Shown piece by piece: positions 38,664-48,289 of a stretch of DNA of 64,000 nt. Where the stretch lies: assembly GCA_036351195.1 (NCBI GenBank), contig JAZBOQ010000024.1:26669-90668 (forward strand). Reading direction: 5' to 3'. The notes beneath the pieces were generated by a model. That model had not been told where the DNA came from. It made no database searches and was given only the letters and a program-made list of their open reading frames with translations. Positions within the stretch are counted from its first letter, which is position 1. Every line of letters starts with the position of its first letter. The translations under genes were made by a program, and so were the position numbers. This DNA comes from Thermoanaerobaculales bacterium (GTDB lineage Bacteria; Acidobacteriota; Thermoanaerobaculia; Thermoanaerobaculales; Sulfomarinibacteraceae).

Positions 38664-40115
38664 ATGAGCGACGACGGCCACTGGGATGCGGAGCTTTTCC
38701 GCCGCGAAGGCCACCGGATGATCGAATGGATCGCCGACTATCTGGACGGCGGCGCCCGGCAGATGCCCGTGCTCGCGCGGGTCGAGCCCGGCGAGGTGGC
38801 CGAGAGCCTGCCCGACGCCATGCCCGAGCGTGCCGAAGATCCAGACGCCGTGTGGCGGGACTTCAACGACATCGTGCTCCCGGGAGTCACCCACTGGAAC
38901 CACCCGGGCTTCATGGCCTACTTCGGCATCACCGGTTCCGGCCCGGGCATCCTCGGCGACCTCATGTCCTCCGCTCTCAACGTCAACGGCATGCTGTGGC
39001 GCACCTGCCCGTCGGCCACCGAGCTCGAGCTCAAGGTTCTCGAGTGGCTGCGGGACGGCATCGGACTGCCGGAGGAGTTCTTCGGCTTTCTCTGCGACAC
39101 GGCGTCCATCTCCTCGATGCTGGCCATCGCCGCCGCCCGCGAGGCGGCGGATCCCGAAATCCGCCACCTCGGCATGAACGGCCGCAGCGACACCCGTCCC
39201 TTTCGGGTCTACGCCTCGGACCAGGCCCACTCCTCCGTCGCCAAGGGCTGTCTCACCCTCGGCCTCGGCCTCGACGGATTCCGCGCCATCGGCCACGACG
39301 ATGCGTACCGCATGAAGGCGTCCGAGCTCGAGCGCGCCATCGCCGAGGATCGCGCCGCCGGTTTCCGACCATTGGCGGTGGCTGCCACCGTGGGCACCAC
39401 GTCAACGACCTCCGTCGACCCCGTTCCCGACATCGTCGAAATCTGCCGCCGCGAAAAGCTCTGGCTGCATGTCGACGCGGCCTACGGCGGCTCGGCCGCA
39501 CTGTGCCCGGAGCACCGCCACGTTCTGGCGGGCGCCGAGCACGCCGACAGCCTGGTGTTCAACCCCCACAAGTGGCTCTTCACCCCCATCGACGCCTCGG
39601 CCCTCTACACCCGGCACCCCGACGTCTTCCGCCGCGCCTTCTCCCTGGTTCCCGAGTACCTCACCACCCCCGTCACCGGCCAGGTCGTGGATCTGATGGA
39701 CTACGGGGTCCAGCTCGGCCGCCGCTTCCGCGCTCTCAAGCTGTGGTGGGTACTACGCTGCTTCGGCGCCGACGGCATCCGTCGACGGCTGCGGAACCAC
39801 ATTTCCCTGGCGGCGGACTTCGCTGCCTGGGTGGATGCCCACTCCCGCTTCGAAAGGGTCGCGCCCGCGCCCTTCTCGGTGGTCTGCTTCCGCGCCGTCG
39901 CCGACGCGGACGACGGGTCGGCAGCGGGGGACGAGCTCAATATGGAGCTGATGGAGCGGGTCAACGCCTCGGGCGACGTCTACCTTTCCCACACCCGGCT
40001 CGACTGCGGGATCGTCCTCAGGGTGGCCATCGGCAACCTGGGCACCACGGCGGATGATCTCGCCCGCTGCCGCGACATCCTCGACCAGGAGATCGCATGC
40101 CTCTGTCCCCGCTGA
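38664..40115 (+). CDS. PLP-dependent decarboxylase, aromatic-L-amino-acid decarboxylase family
   Basis: GVTHWNHPGFMAYF, PSATELE, SDQAHSSV, WLHVDAAYGG, FNPHKW, LGRRFRALKLW. Confidence 0.93.
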   Translation: MSDDGHWDAELFRREGHRMIEWIADYLDGGARQMPVLARVEPGEVAESLPDAMPERAEDPDAVWRDFNDIVLPGVTHWNHPGFMAYFGITGSGPGILGDLMSSALNVNGMLWRTCPSATELELKVLEWLRDGIGLPEEFFGFLCDTASISSMLAIAAAREAADPEIRHLGMNGRSDTRPFRVYASDQAHSSVAKGCLTLGLGLDGFRAIGHDDAYRMKASELERAIAEDRAAGFRPLAVAATVGTTSTTSVDPVPDIVEICRREKLWLHVDAAYGGSAALCPEHRHVLAGAEHADSLVFNPHKWLFTPIDASALYTRHPDVFRRAFSLVPEYLTTPVTGQVVDLMDYGVQLGRRFRALKLWWVLRCFGADGIRRRLRNHISLAADFAAWVDAHSRFERVAPAPFSVVCFRAVADADDGSAAGDELNMELMERVNASGDVYLSHTRLDCGIVLRVAIGNLGTTADDLARCRDILDQEIACLCPR

Positions 40116-40999
40116 CCCTCGACGAAACCCCAGGCCAACGACTGTGGCGAAACCTCCGCGTCTCGCTGCCGGTGGGTTTCTGGTTCACCATGCTCATCCT
40201 CTTCAACCTCACCCAGACGGCGAGCCTGGTCATCAAGCCCTTTTGGCCGCGCGGCTTCCGCCGCTTCAACCGATGGTGCGCCACGACGTGGTGGGGCGGT
40301 TGCGTCGTCTTCTCGGAGAGATTCAATGGACAACGGATCATCGTCACCGGGGAGGACCTCCCCACCGACGAGAACGTCCTCGTGCTCTCCAACCACCAAC
40401 AGATGCCGGACATCACCACCATCATGTCCCTGGCCCGTTCCAAGGGCCGTCTCGGAGACCTCAAGTTCTTCGTCAAGCACGCCCTTAAGTGGGTGCCCGG
40501 CGTGGGCTGGGGCATGCAGTTCCTCAACTGCCCCTTTCTCAAGCGGAACTGGTCCGCCGACCGCAACAAGATCAACGCCACCTTCGCCACCCTGGTCAAT
40601 GAACGGATCCCCATGTGGTTGGTGAGCTTCGTCGAAGGCACCCGGGCCACCGAGGCCAAAATCCGAGCCGGCGCCGAGTGGGCGCGCAGCCGCCGCCTTG
40701 AACCGACGCGGCACGTCCTCTTGCCGAGGACGAAGGGCTTCGTGGCCTCGGTGGAAGGCCTCAGCGAGCACATCCACGCGGTCTACGACGTCACCATCGG
40801 CTACGTCGACGGCGTGCCGAGCCTCTGGCAGCACATCACCGGTCGAGTGAAGGAGATCCACGTCCACGTTCGCCGCTTTCCCGTCGACGAGCTGCCCAAA
40901 CTCGAGGAGGAGCTCAAGCAGTGGCTCATGGACCGCTTTTACGAGAAGGACGAGCTGCTCGAGGGGTACTACTCCACCGGCGCCTTTCCCGCGGAGTAG
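40097..40999 (+). CDS. Lysophospholipid acyltransferase (LCLAT1/YihG-like)
   Basis: SNHQQMPD (HX4D), FVEGTR, LLPRTKGF, VYDVTIGY. Confidence 0.9.
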   Translation: MPLSPLTLDETPGQRLWRNLRVSLPVGFWFTMLILFNLTQTASLVIKPFWPRGFRRFNRWCATTWWGGCVVFSERFNGQRIIVTGEDLPTDENVLVLSNHQQMPDITTIMSLARSKGRLGDLKFFVKHALKWVPGVGWGMQFLNCPFLKRNWSADRNKINATFATLVNERIPMWLVSFVEGTRATEAKIRAGAEWARSRRLEPTRHVLLPRTKGFVASVEGLSEHIHAVYDVTIGYVDGVPSLWQHITGRVKEIHVHVRRFPVDELPKLEEELKQWLMDRFYEKDELLEGYYSTGAFPAE

Positions 41000-41266
41000 G
41001 TCTCTCCGGCGTCCGTGTCCGCGTCCGTGTCCGCGTCCGTGCCCGCTTCCGTACCCGTGGCCGTGGCGGCATGGTCACTCCTGCGTGTTTTCGAGGCAGT
41101 CGTAGCCGATGAGCTTGCCGGGGTCAAGGGGTGAAATGCATCGCTCGCGGCGGGCGTCCCCCCCGCCATCCGCTGTCGCAGTTGCCGAGCGCCTTGCCTG
41201 AACCGACCGCGCTCCTCGCGCAGCATCAATAAACTGGCTGCACCGACAACACCCTGACGCACCCTC

Positions 41267-41365
41267 GGTGGGCCAAGGCCCACCCTACCTCACAACCAGC
41301 AACGCGGAAGCGGAGCGCGCCGGAGACTGCAGCGCCGTAGGGTGGGCCTTGGCCCACCAGATCGC
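41267..41365. repeat. Inverted pair of GTAG-type REP sequences
   Basis: GGTGGGCCAAGGCCCACCCTAC...GTAGGGTGGGCCTTGGCCCACC. Confidence 0.88.
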
Positions 41366-41419
41366 CTCGAAGTTCGGGAGCCGGAGCGGGAGCGATCCGG
41401 ACGTGGACGCGGGTGATCG

Positions 41420-42712
41420 TCACTCAGCTACGAACAACCGACGGGTCCACAGCATCAACGCAACGCTCAACGCCAGCAGGGCAGCGCCGGTCGCCTGGTG
41501 GGCGGTGGCAATGGTGACCTCGAGGGTCGAGGGCGCGCCGACGATCGCCTGACCCTGGGTGACGGCCAACGCGGCGATGCCGAGGGCGACCTGAACGGCC
41601 ACCCCAGACATCAAGAGACGCCCCAGGGTCGGCAGCGGCCGCACCCCGTCGTACAGCCCCCAGGCACGGGCGCCGGCGACGACCGCAACCATCACCACAA
41701 TCGCGGCGAGACTGATGTGGATGATGAGGCCCTGGGCCAGATGCCGCTGGATGGCGCCGAGGACAAGCTGGAGAACCAAAACCCCGAGCAGCCACACCTG
41801 AAGCGTGCGGTCCATTCCCGACGACGATCGGCTCTCGGCTTGAGGGGCTTTTGCCCACCAGGTGCTGGTAGCCACGGCCAAACCCACAATGACCCCCAGG
41901 AACACCTGACCGAGCACGCCGTGAACCACCGCCAGAGCGATGGAGGGCGCCATGTCGGATTCCGCCGTGGAGAGGGTGAATCCGCCGGTGACGCGGAGGC
42001 CGCCCAATACACCCTGGATCACCACCAGACCAACAGCCAGGGTGGCCACCTGGCGTGCCGCTGGACGCTGGTCCCGTCGCCACAGCCGGATGGCGAGGCC
42101 GATGGTGGTCAGGCCCACGAGGGCGCCGAAGAGCCGGTGGGCGTGCTCGTAGTAGATACCGCCGGTCATCTTCGCCAACGGATAGAGGAACATGTTGGAA
42201 CCGAAGGTGTTGGGCCAGTCGACCACGGCCAGGCCCGCCTCGTTGCTGGTGACCAGCCCGCCGGCGATGACCAGTAGAAAGGTCGCCGACACGGCGACCC
42301 GGGCGAAGAGGCCGGTCCAGTTCCGTCCGCCACCAACATCCGGTCGCCGCGAACCGACCTCCGCGGCAACGGCGGCGAGGCCGGCCAGGGCGACGATGAA
42401 CCCCGGCACCCAGAAGAGGGCCGCCGGCTTCACCGTCCCCGATGTCGAGGAGGTCAACAAACTTCCCAGAATCAGCATGTTGAGGATCGCGGCGATGAGG
42501 CCGACCCGGGCCCCGGCAACCCACCCAGCTCCCGTTCGACGGCCCGTCTCCATACCCCACCACCCGACGGTGCCGAGCAGCAGAGCCAGCACGAGCCATG
42601 GCGGCGCCATCACCACCGGAAGGCGACATACGTAGGCCACCGCCCACATGGACACTGCCATCCCGAAACCCATCGGTACCGCGTACGAACGGTCGTTTTC
42701 GCCGGATTCCAT
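41420..42712 (-). CDS. ctaA: Heme A synthase (COX15/CtaA family) with N-terminal TM extension
   Basis: GGLVTSNEAGLAVVDWP, YEHAHRLFG, QGVLGGLRV, VHG, HISLA, TAHQATG. Confidence 0.82.
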   Translation of the reverse strand: MESGENDRSYAVPMGFGMAVSMWAVAYVCRLPVVMAPPWLVLALLLGTVGWWGMETGRRTGAGWVAGARVGLIAAILNMLILGSLLTSSTSGTVKPAALFWVPGFIVALAGLAAVAAEVGSRRPDVGGGRNWTGLFARVAVSATFLLVIAGGLVTSNEAGLAVVDWPNTFGSNMFLYPLAKMTGGIYYEHAHRLFGALVGLTTIGLAIRLWRRDQRPAARQVATLAVGLVVIQGVLGGLRVTGGFTLSTAESDMAPSIALAVVHGVLGQVFLGVIVGLAVATSTWWAKAPQAESRSSSGMDRTLQVWLLGVLVLQLVLGAIQRHLAQGLIIHISLAAIVVMVAVVAGARAWGLYDGVRPLPTLGRLLMSGVAVQVALGIAALAVTQGQAIVGAPSTLEVTIATAHQATGAALLALSVALMLWTRRLFVAE

Positions 42713-42819
42713 GCTGCCTCCCGATCGAATGACAGTCCCAAAACGAATATCATTCCCACTTCGTGTGTTCACACTCTCGAACGCCCATCATTGCAGATCG
42801 ACCGAGAGAAAACGAGACG

Positions 42820-43809
42820 ATGACCACCATGACAGCGGCCGACATCGACAAATCGACCACCCGCGCCGCGGCTCTCCGCGGCCTGGTGGGCTCCTATCTC
42901 GAACTCGCCAAGGCGCGGCTGGCGTCGTTGGTGGTGCTCACCACCATCGTCGGTTACGTGCTCGCCGCCCGCGGCGCCTTCGACCTCGCGACCTTCATCT
43001 GGTGCGTGATCGGCACCACCCTCACCGCCTTCGGCGCCAACATCCTCAATCAATGGCTCGAGGCCGACCGCGACCGGCTCATGGAGCGGACGCGCAACCG
43101 GCCGTTGCCCGCAGGCCAGGTGACCCGGACCACCGCTCTCGTCTGGGGGCTGGTCTCTGCGGCCGTCGGCCTCGTCGTTCTCGACATCGGAACCAACCGA
43201 CTCACTGCGTTTCTGTCGCTCTTCGTGATCCTTCTCTACGTCGCGGTCTACACTCCCCTCAAGGTCCGCACCCCCCTCAACACCGTGGTCGGCGCTGTCT
43301 GCGGCGCCGTTCCGCCGATGATGGGGTGGACGGCCGCCACCGGCCACCTCGAGCTCGGGGCATGGATCCTCGGCGGTATTCTCTTCATCTGGCAGGTGCC
43401 GCACTTCCTCGCCCTCGCCTGGCTCTACCGCGAGGACTACGCCCGCGGCGGCTTCCGCATGATGCCCGCTGCCGACCCCAGCGGCGCGCTCACCGGACGA
43501 GCCGCCTTCGTTCACGCGTTGGCGCTGCTACCGGTCACCGGCGCCCTGGCCGCCGCGGGGATCACCGGCTCGGCCTTCCTCGTCACCTCCCAGATCGCGG
43601 GGCTCGCCTTCGCCACCCTCGGTTTCGCCTTCGCCAGAGATCGCGTACGCCTCACGGCGCGCCGGCTCTTCCTCGCCAGCATCATCTACCTGCCGGTGGT
43701 CCTCGGCCTGATGGTCGCCGACATGGACGACCGGGTGCTGCGATCAGTCGCCGGCTCCGATCTTGAGCCCGCCCACCACGCCACGGTGCGCTTCGGCCCG
43801 GAACGGTGA
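42820..43809 (+). CDS. ctaB: Heme o synthase (protoheme IX farnesyltransferase)
   Basis: NQWLEADRDRLMERTRNRPLP, YTPLK, GAVPPMMGW, WQVPHFLALAWLYREDY. Confidence 0.95.
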   Translation: MTTMTAADIDKSTTRAAALRGLVGSYLELAKARLASLVVLTTIVGYVLAARGAFDLATFIWCVIGTTLTAFGANILNQWLEADRDRLMERTRNRPLPAGQVTRTTALVWGLVSAAVGLVVLDIGTNRLTAFLSLFVILLYVAVYTPLKVRTPLNTVVGAVCGAVPPMMGWTAATGHLELGAWILGGILFIWQVPHFLALAWLYREDYARGGFRMMPAADPSGALTGRAAFVHALALLPVTGALAAAGITGSAFLVTSQIAGLAFATLGFAFARDRVRLTARRLFLASIIYLPVVLGLMVADMDDRVLRSVAGSDLEPAHHATVRFGPER

Positions 43810-44843
43810 GAACGCCGCGCCTGATCCGCAGCGGCTGGTGGGTCGCCGTGGCCGGCATCGCGGTCTCGATCCTGGTCGTGATCGGCGTGATGAGGTCGAC
43901 CACGAGACCGGGCCCCGAGAGGAGCGACGTCGCACCCATCGTTCTCGAACCGTGCGTCGTCGATCCCGGAGAGATCGTTCAAGCCATGGCCCGGGACGGT
44001 CTCAAGGCCCTGGTCGACCCCGCCAACATGACTCCCGAAGCCGTCCGTCTCCACAACGAGAACGAGCGCGGCAAGCTGCTCGTCTCCTCGGATCTCGTGG
44101 TGGGCGTGTTCATCGGCGGCGAGGCCCGCGCCTATCCGCTGCGCCTCCTGCGCTGGCACGAAGCGGTGAACGACAGCCTGGGCGGCCGCTCCATCGCCGT
44201 CACCTACAGCCCGCTTTCAGGCGCCGTCGCGGTGTGGGACCGTGTCCTCGACGGCGAGGTCCTCGAGCTCGCCGTCTCGGGGCGGCTGCTCGACTCCAAC
44301 ACCCTGCTCTACGACCGGCGGCCCGTGGGCGGCATCTCGTGCCTGTGGCACCAGCTCAGCGGCGAGGCACTGTCCGGGCCTGCGGTGGGGCAGGCTCTGT
44401 CGCCGCTGCCCGCGGCCCTGCAGACCTGGGGAGAGTGGCTCTCGGCCCACCCCGAAACCACCGTCATAGCGCCGGATGGCGAAACCAAGAGGCTCTACAA
44501 ACGCGACCCCTACCACTCGTATCGCGGCTCCGACGTGCTGCGCTTCCCCGTGAGTCCCGAACCGCCCAGCGGCCCCCTCGCCCTCAAGGACCGGGTGGCC
44601 GTCGTCCGCTTCCCGAGCGGCGACATCGCCTTCGCGCTGCGTGACCTTGCCGAGGCGGTCGGCGCCCCCCGCGGTTCCTGGGCCACCCTGCACGACCGCC
44701 AGGTGTACCTGGTCGACTTCGACACCGAGGCCGGGAGCTTCGCCATCGCGCCCCGCGATGAGGGCGTTCCCACACCGTCGGTGCGCTTCGCCTACTGGTT
44801 CCAGTGGTACTGCCTACATCCTGATGCGGTGACGCTGCCGTAG
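43806..44843 (+). CDS. DUF3179-like protein
   Basis: RDGLKALVDP, ARAYP, HEAVND, VTYSPLS, SGRLLDSNTLLYDR, LWHQ, W..HPET, YWFQW; overlaps the ctaB stop. Confidence 0.8.
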   Translation: MRTPRLIRSGWWVAVAGIAVSILVVIGVMRSTTRPGPERSDVAPIVLEPCVVDPGEIVQAMARDGLKALVDPANMTPEAVRLHNENERGKLLVSSDLVVGVFIGGEARAYPLRLLRWHEAVNDSLGGRSIAVTYSPLSGAVAVWDRVLDGEVLELAVSGRLLDSNTLLYDRRPVGGISCLWHQLSGEALSGPAVGQALSPLPAALQTWGEWLSAHPETTVIAPDGETKRLYKRDPYHSYRGSDVLRFPVSPEPPSGPLALKDRVAVVRFPSGDIAFALRDLAEAVGAPRGSWATLHDRQVYLVDFDTEAGSFAIAPRDEGVPTPSVRFAYWFQWYCLHPDAVTLP

Positions 44844-44962
44844 AGCGCGGCTCGGAAACCCGGTGGCAATCACCACGTACCGGGCACCCTCATCGCGATT
44901 CTGCGGGCGGGACGCCCGCACCACAATCAAGCCCGGACCGCGACAGCGCCCTCCACACCCGC

Positions 44963-45060
44963 GGTGGGCCAAGGCCCACCCTACCTGACAGCCCGGAATG
45001 CGCTAACGGAGCTCGACAGTGGCCGCAGCGCCGCAGGGTGAGCCTTGCCCACCAGATCGC
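44963..45060. repeat. Inverted pair of GTAG-type REP sequences (second copy degenerate)
   Basis: GGTGGGCCAAGGCCCACCCTAC...GCAGGGTGAGCCTTGCCCACCAGATCGC. Confidence 0.8.
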
Positions 45061-45165
45061 ATCCCGGCACCGAACCATGCATCGGGTAGCCCGGCTTCGA
45101 GCGCACTCCCCAACCACCACCGCGCCTACCACCTCCCGGCATCTGACCTCACGTACCATTTGAAA

Positions 45166-45790
45166 CATTGTTCGGTATCGCGTCGAATCTCCTCAGCCCG
45201 CTCGGTCATCAATGTTTCGGGTGGTACGTTCGCTTGGCTACCCGCGCTCCGGGTCCCCCCCCGGCACGGATGAAGGCCGTCGCTCGTCCGAGCAGCAAGG
45301 TCATCCTCTGCGTTGATCTTTCCGACCGCCTCAGCGCGTCACCGGCGGACGTGCCATTCACGTCATTGTGCTTTCCATCCATGTCCCGGTTCCAAGCGCG
45401 CTGCGCACAATGCGCGTGAGTGGCAATCGCCGAGCCCAGCCGTCGAAAGTACTGGCTTCGGTTCCGAGGCAGGCCGCCGCTTGCCTTGTCAGCACGGTCA
45501 CCACTGCTCTCGGCTCCCACCATGACCGTGCTGACCAGGCAACGCTGGGCAACGACGCCGTCAGGCGGAGGCGTCCAGAAGGCCGGCGCTGAGGGCACCT
45601 TCCGTATCCGTATCCGTGGCCGTATCCGTTGCCGCAGCCGTCGCCGATGACCGTTGGCCGTGGCCATATCCGTGGCCGATGACCGTATCCGTATCCGTGA
45701 CCAGTGACCGTATCAGCGACCGTGGCAGGGACAGCGATTGCGTCAGTGGACACTCCCACGATCAATGCCGAGCTGGAGCTCGGCGGTCCA
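45166..45790. repeat. Longest copy of the mosaic intergenic repeat
   Basis: Contains segments matching 9622-9706, 19350-19615, 21350-21488 and 38302-38534, then TATCCG/GGCCGT hexamers and a GCCGAGCTGGAGCTCGGC palindrome. Confidence 0.7.
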
Positions 45791-45847
45791 CCGGGCAACG
45801 GGGAAACGTCAATGGCAATCCAGAAGATCGGTGTTGCGGTATCCACG

Positions 45848-45877
45848 AAAAAAACGGCGCCCCCGAGGGGGCGCCGT
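45848..45877 (-). terminator. Intrinsic terminator of the serine protease gene
   Basis: ACGGCGCCCC stem-loop followed by a T run on the minus strand. Confidence 0.85.
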
Positions 45878-45900
45878 GAAATCGTCGCATAGAGTCGCGG

Positions 45901-48042
45901 TCAGGGCGTGGTGACCCGGTCCCAGGCGGTGGCGTCACCACCCTCGAAGTCGTCCGAGAAAATGTCGATGTACGACTCGCAGACGAACTCGCCGCCGAGG
46001 ATCTCGATGTCGTCCACCGCCCACCAGTACTCGTAGCTGCCGTCGTAGTAGTGGAAGCGGACCTGCACGTCGGTCTGGTCGAAGGCGTGGTCCGTAATGT
46101 CGATGATCACCGTCCCCGAGGTGTCGGCGCCCGAGTAGTTCGCGACGTTGACCCAGGCGCCGCCGGTGGCCGACGAACGAACCTCGACGTCGGCCTGCTC
46201 GTTCTGACCGGAGGCGTAGTAGTTGAAGTCGTGCTTGAACTGGAGCTCCACCTGCTGGTACCCGGTGCAGTCCACCACCGGCGAGATGAGCTCCTCGTCC
46301 TGAGTGGCGCCGGAGCCCGCATTGTCCGAGTCGACGATGGCGAAGGGCTCGGTCAGGGCCAGCGAGCGGTTCCCCGGGTTGTCCGTGGTCCAGGTTGCCG
46401 CATCACCGCCGCCGCTGCCGTTGTCGACCACCGTCCAGTCCACAGGAATCCCCGAGGCGAAGTCCTCGAGCATGAGGCTGGTGCGGACGAGCTCGCCGAC
46501 CGAAACCGTGAGGATCTGGCTCGCGCCCGGGAAGGGACCGCCGTTGCCGGCGGTGATCTCCCCCATGTCGAAGATAACGCTCTCGCCGCACACCGCATCC
46601 CCGCCCACGGTGAACTCCACCGGAACGGCAGAAAACACCGACGACCCGGCCGCGACGTCTCCGAAGGAGGCCGAGCCGTTGGCGATGGACGTCGTTCCGG
46701 TGGAGCCGACGTTCACCGAGATGTCTGACGCGACCACGAGGCCGTCCGTGTCGCAAGCGGTGTTGCTCACGCTCGGACTGAAGGCCCAGGTCTCTTGGGG
46801 CTCGACGATGGCGTTGTTGTTTCCCGCCACCTGCACCAGACTCGAGGGAGTGCCCGGAACGAGATCCAGCGTGGGCGAGCAGACGTAATCGGCGATGTGC
46901 GGGTAGATGTCGGACATCATCATGCCGCGGTTTCCGGTGCCCGGTGTCGTGCAGCCGCCGCAGTGATGAAGCCCGATGAGCTTGTCGTCGCTGTCGCGGA
47001 AGATCGGCGAGCCCGAGCTGCCGCCCTCGGTGTCGAGGGTGTCGTAGTAGCGCAGGTTGGGTGCGTCCGCGTCCACGTTGGCACCGTCGCCGTGGGTGAT
47101 CTCGTGCGGCCGGCCGTTGGGGTGCTGGACGATGTAGATGCCCTCACCGTCGGTGATGGGCGTAGCGTCCACCTGGGCGTAACCGAAGCTGCTCGCCGGG
47201 TCACCGATGACCGAGTTCAGTGCGAAGTCCAGGGTCGTCAGGGTCGCCTCACAGCTCACGAACGGGGACGAAACCACAACGTCGTCGCAGCGAAAGCCCT
47301 GCCAGTCGTCGGTGGTCGTCGAACCGCCGCAGGTCGTGTTGTAGTACTTGAAGACGAACTCGGCGCTGTCGCAGTCCGCCTGGCTCTCGATGCAGTGGTC
47401 GTTGGTGAGCACGTAGTTGAGCGGCGAGACGTTGGAGCCCGAGCACCACAGCGCGCCCGTCGCGGGGTTGCCGCCGGCCCACATCACGCCCACCGAGGCC
47501 ATGACGTTGGCCCACTTGCCGGCGTCCGCCTCGTAGCAGACGACGTCCTCGAAGTCACCAGGCGGACAGATGCTCTCGGGGCCGTCATCGGAGCCGAAGG
47601 GATCCACGTTGCCGACGATGAGCTTGTCGATCCGGAAAGGCGAAACCGCGTACTCGCTGCGCACGTGGAGCTCCAGGTGCAGCTCTTCACCGCGGGCCGA
47701 GAGGCTCCAGAAGGTTCCCATGCCCTTGGGTCCGCGGCCGGTGATGGTCTCCACCACGTGGCCGGTGGCCGAGCGGAGCACCAGGACATCGCCGGCGCGA
47801 AGATTGACGCCGACGAGATGAGCTTTGACGAAATACGCATCCTTGATGCGGATGCTCTCGGCCCACACTCTCTCGCCGCCGATCTCCACCGCCTGGTCGA
47901 GGTCGGGTATGACCTGGTAGTCGAGACCGTCGCCGACCTGCAGCCGCTCGGGCCGGTTGATCGGCTTGCCCGCCTCGGCGACTGAGACGCCGAGTACGAG
48001 AGCTGCAACCACGAGAACACTGACGAACTTCACTGCCTTCAT
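45901..48042 (-). CDS. Secreted trypsin-like serine protease with C-terminal beta-sandwich domains
   Basis: Signal peptide; LTNDHC (His), LDFAL (Asp), DTEGGSSGSP (Ser); C-terminal IFSDDFEGGD...W. Confidence 0.88.
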   Translation of the reverse strand: MKAVKFVSVLVVAALVLGVSVAEAGKPINRPERLQVGDGLDYQVIPDLDQAVEIGGERVWAESIRIKDAYFVKAHLVGVNLRAGDVLVLRSATGHVVETITGRGPKGMGTFWSLSARGEELHLELHVRSEYAVSPFRIDKLIVGNVDPFGSDDGPESICPPGDFEDVVCYEADAGKWANVMASVGVMWAGGNPATGALWCSGSNVSPLNYVLTNDHCIESQADCDSAEFVFKYYNTTCGGSTTTDDWQGFRCDDVVVSSPFVSCEATLTTLDFALNSVIGDPASSFGYAQVDATPITDGEGIYIVQHPNGRPHEITHGDGANVDADAPNLRYYDTLDTEGGSSGSPIFRDSDDKLIGLHHCGGCTTPGTGNRGMMMSDIYPHIADYVCSPTLDLVPGTPSSLVQVAGNNNAIVEPQETWAFSPSVSNTACDTDGLVVASDISVNVGSTGTTSIANGSASFGDVAAGSSVFSAVPVEFTVGGDAVCGESVIFDMGEITAGNGGPFPGASQILTVSVGELVRTSLMLEDFASGIPVDWTVVDNGSGGGDAATWTTDNPGNRSLALTEPFAIVDSDNAGSGATQDEELISPVVDCTGYQQVELQFKHDFNYYASGQNEQADVEVRSSATGGAWVNVANYSGADTSGTVIIDITDHAFDQTDVQVRFHYYDGSYEYWWAVDDIEILGGEFVCESYIDIFSDDFEGGDATAWDRVTTP

Positions 48043-48106
48043 TTGATCCTCCCCGGGAGTGCTCCGAGCAAGCCGGAGCGATTTAAAAACCATATCACGA
48101 CCGAAT

Positions 48107-48289
48107 CTGCCCGAAGTATTCATGAGGTTTCGTCCTGAGGTCGGCGAGGCACCGATGACAGTCGAGTTTTCTCATCTTGAGGCGCGGCGGCGTACTTGAC
48201 AGTACGTTGAGCACCTCAAGATGAGAAAACTCGGCTGGCGCGGATGCATCGTCGGCCGCAGCAGACAGCTCATCAATACTTCGGGCTAG
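48107..48289. repeat. 183-bp palindromic MITE/REPIN-like element, copy 2
   Basis: Arms are the reverse complement of 11249-11431; same length; starts at the CTAG containing the peptidase stop codon. Confidence 0.85.

Noticed and set aside
45168-45650. ...CAQCA-TGA-VAIAEPS as a second selenoprotein (also near 21414)
   Set aside because: The shared TGA lies inside a nucleotide-level repeat, flanking frames are not conserved between copies, and there is no coding signal.
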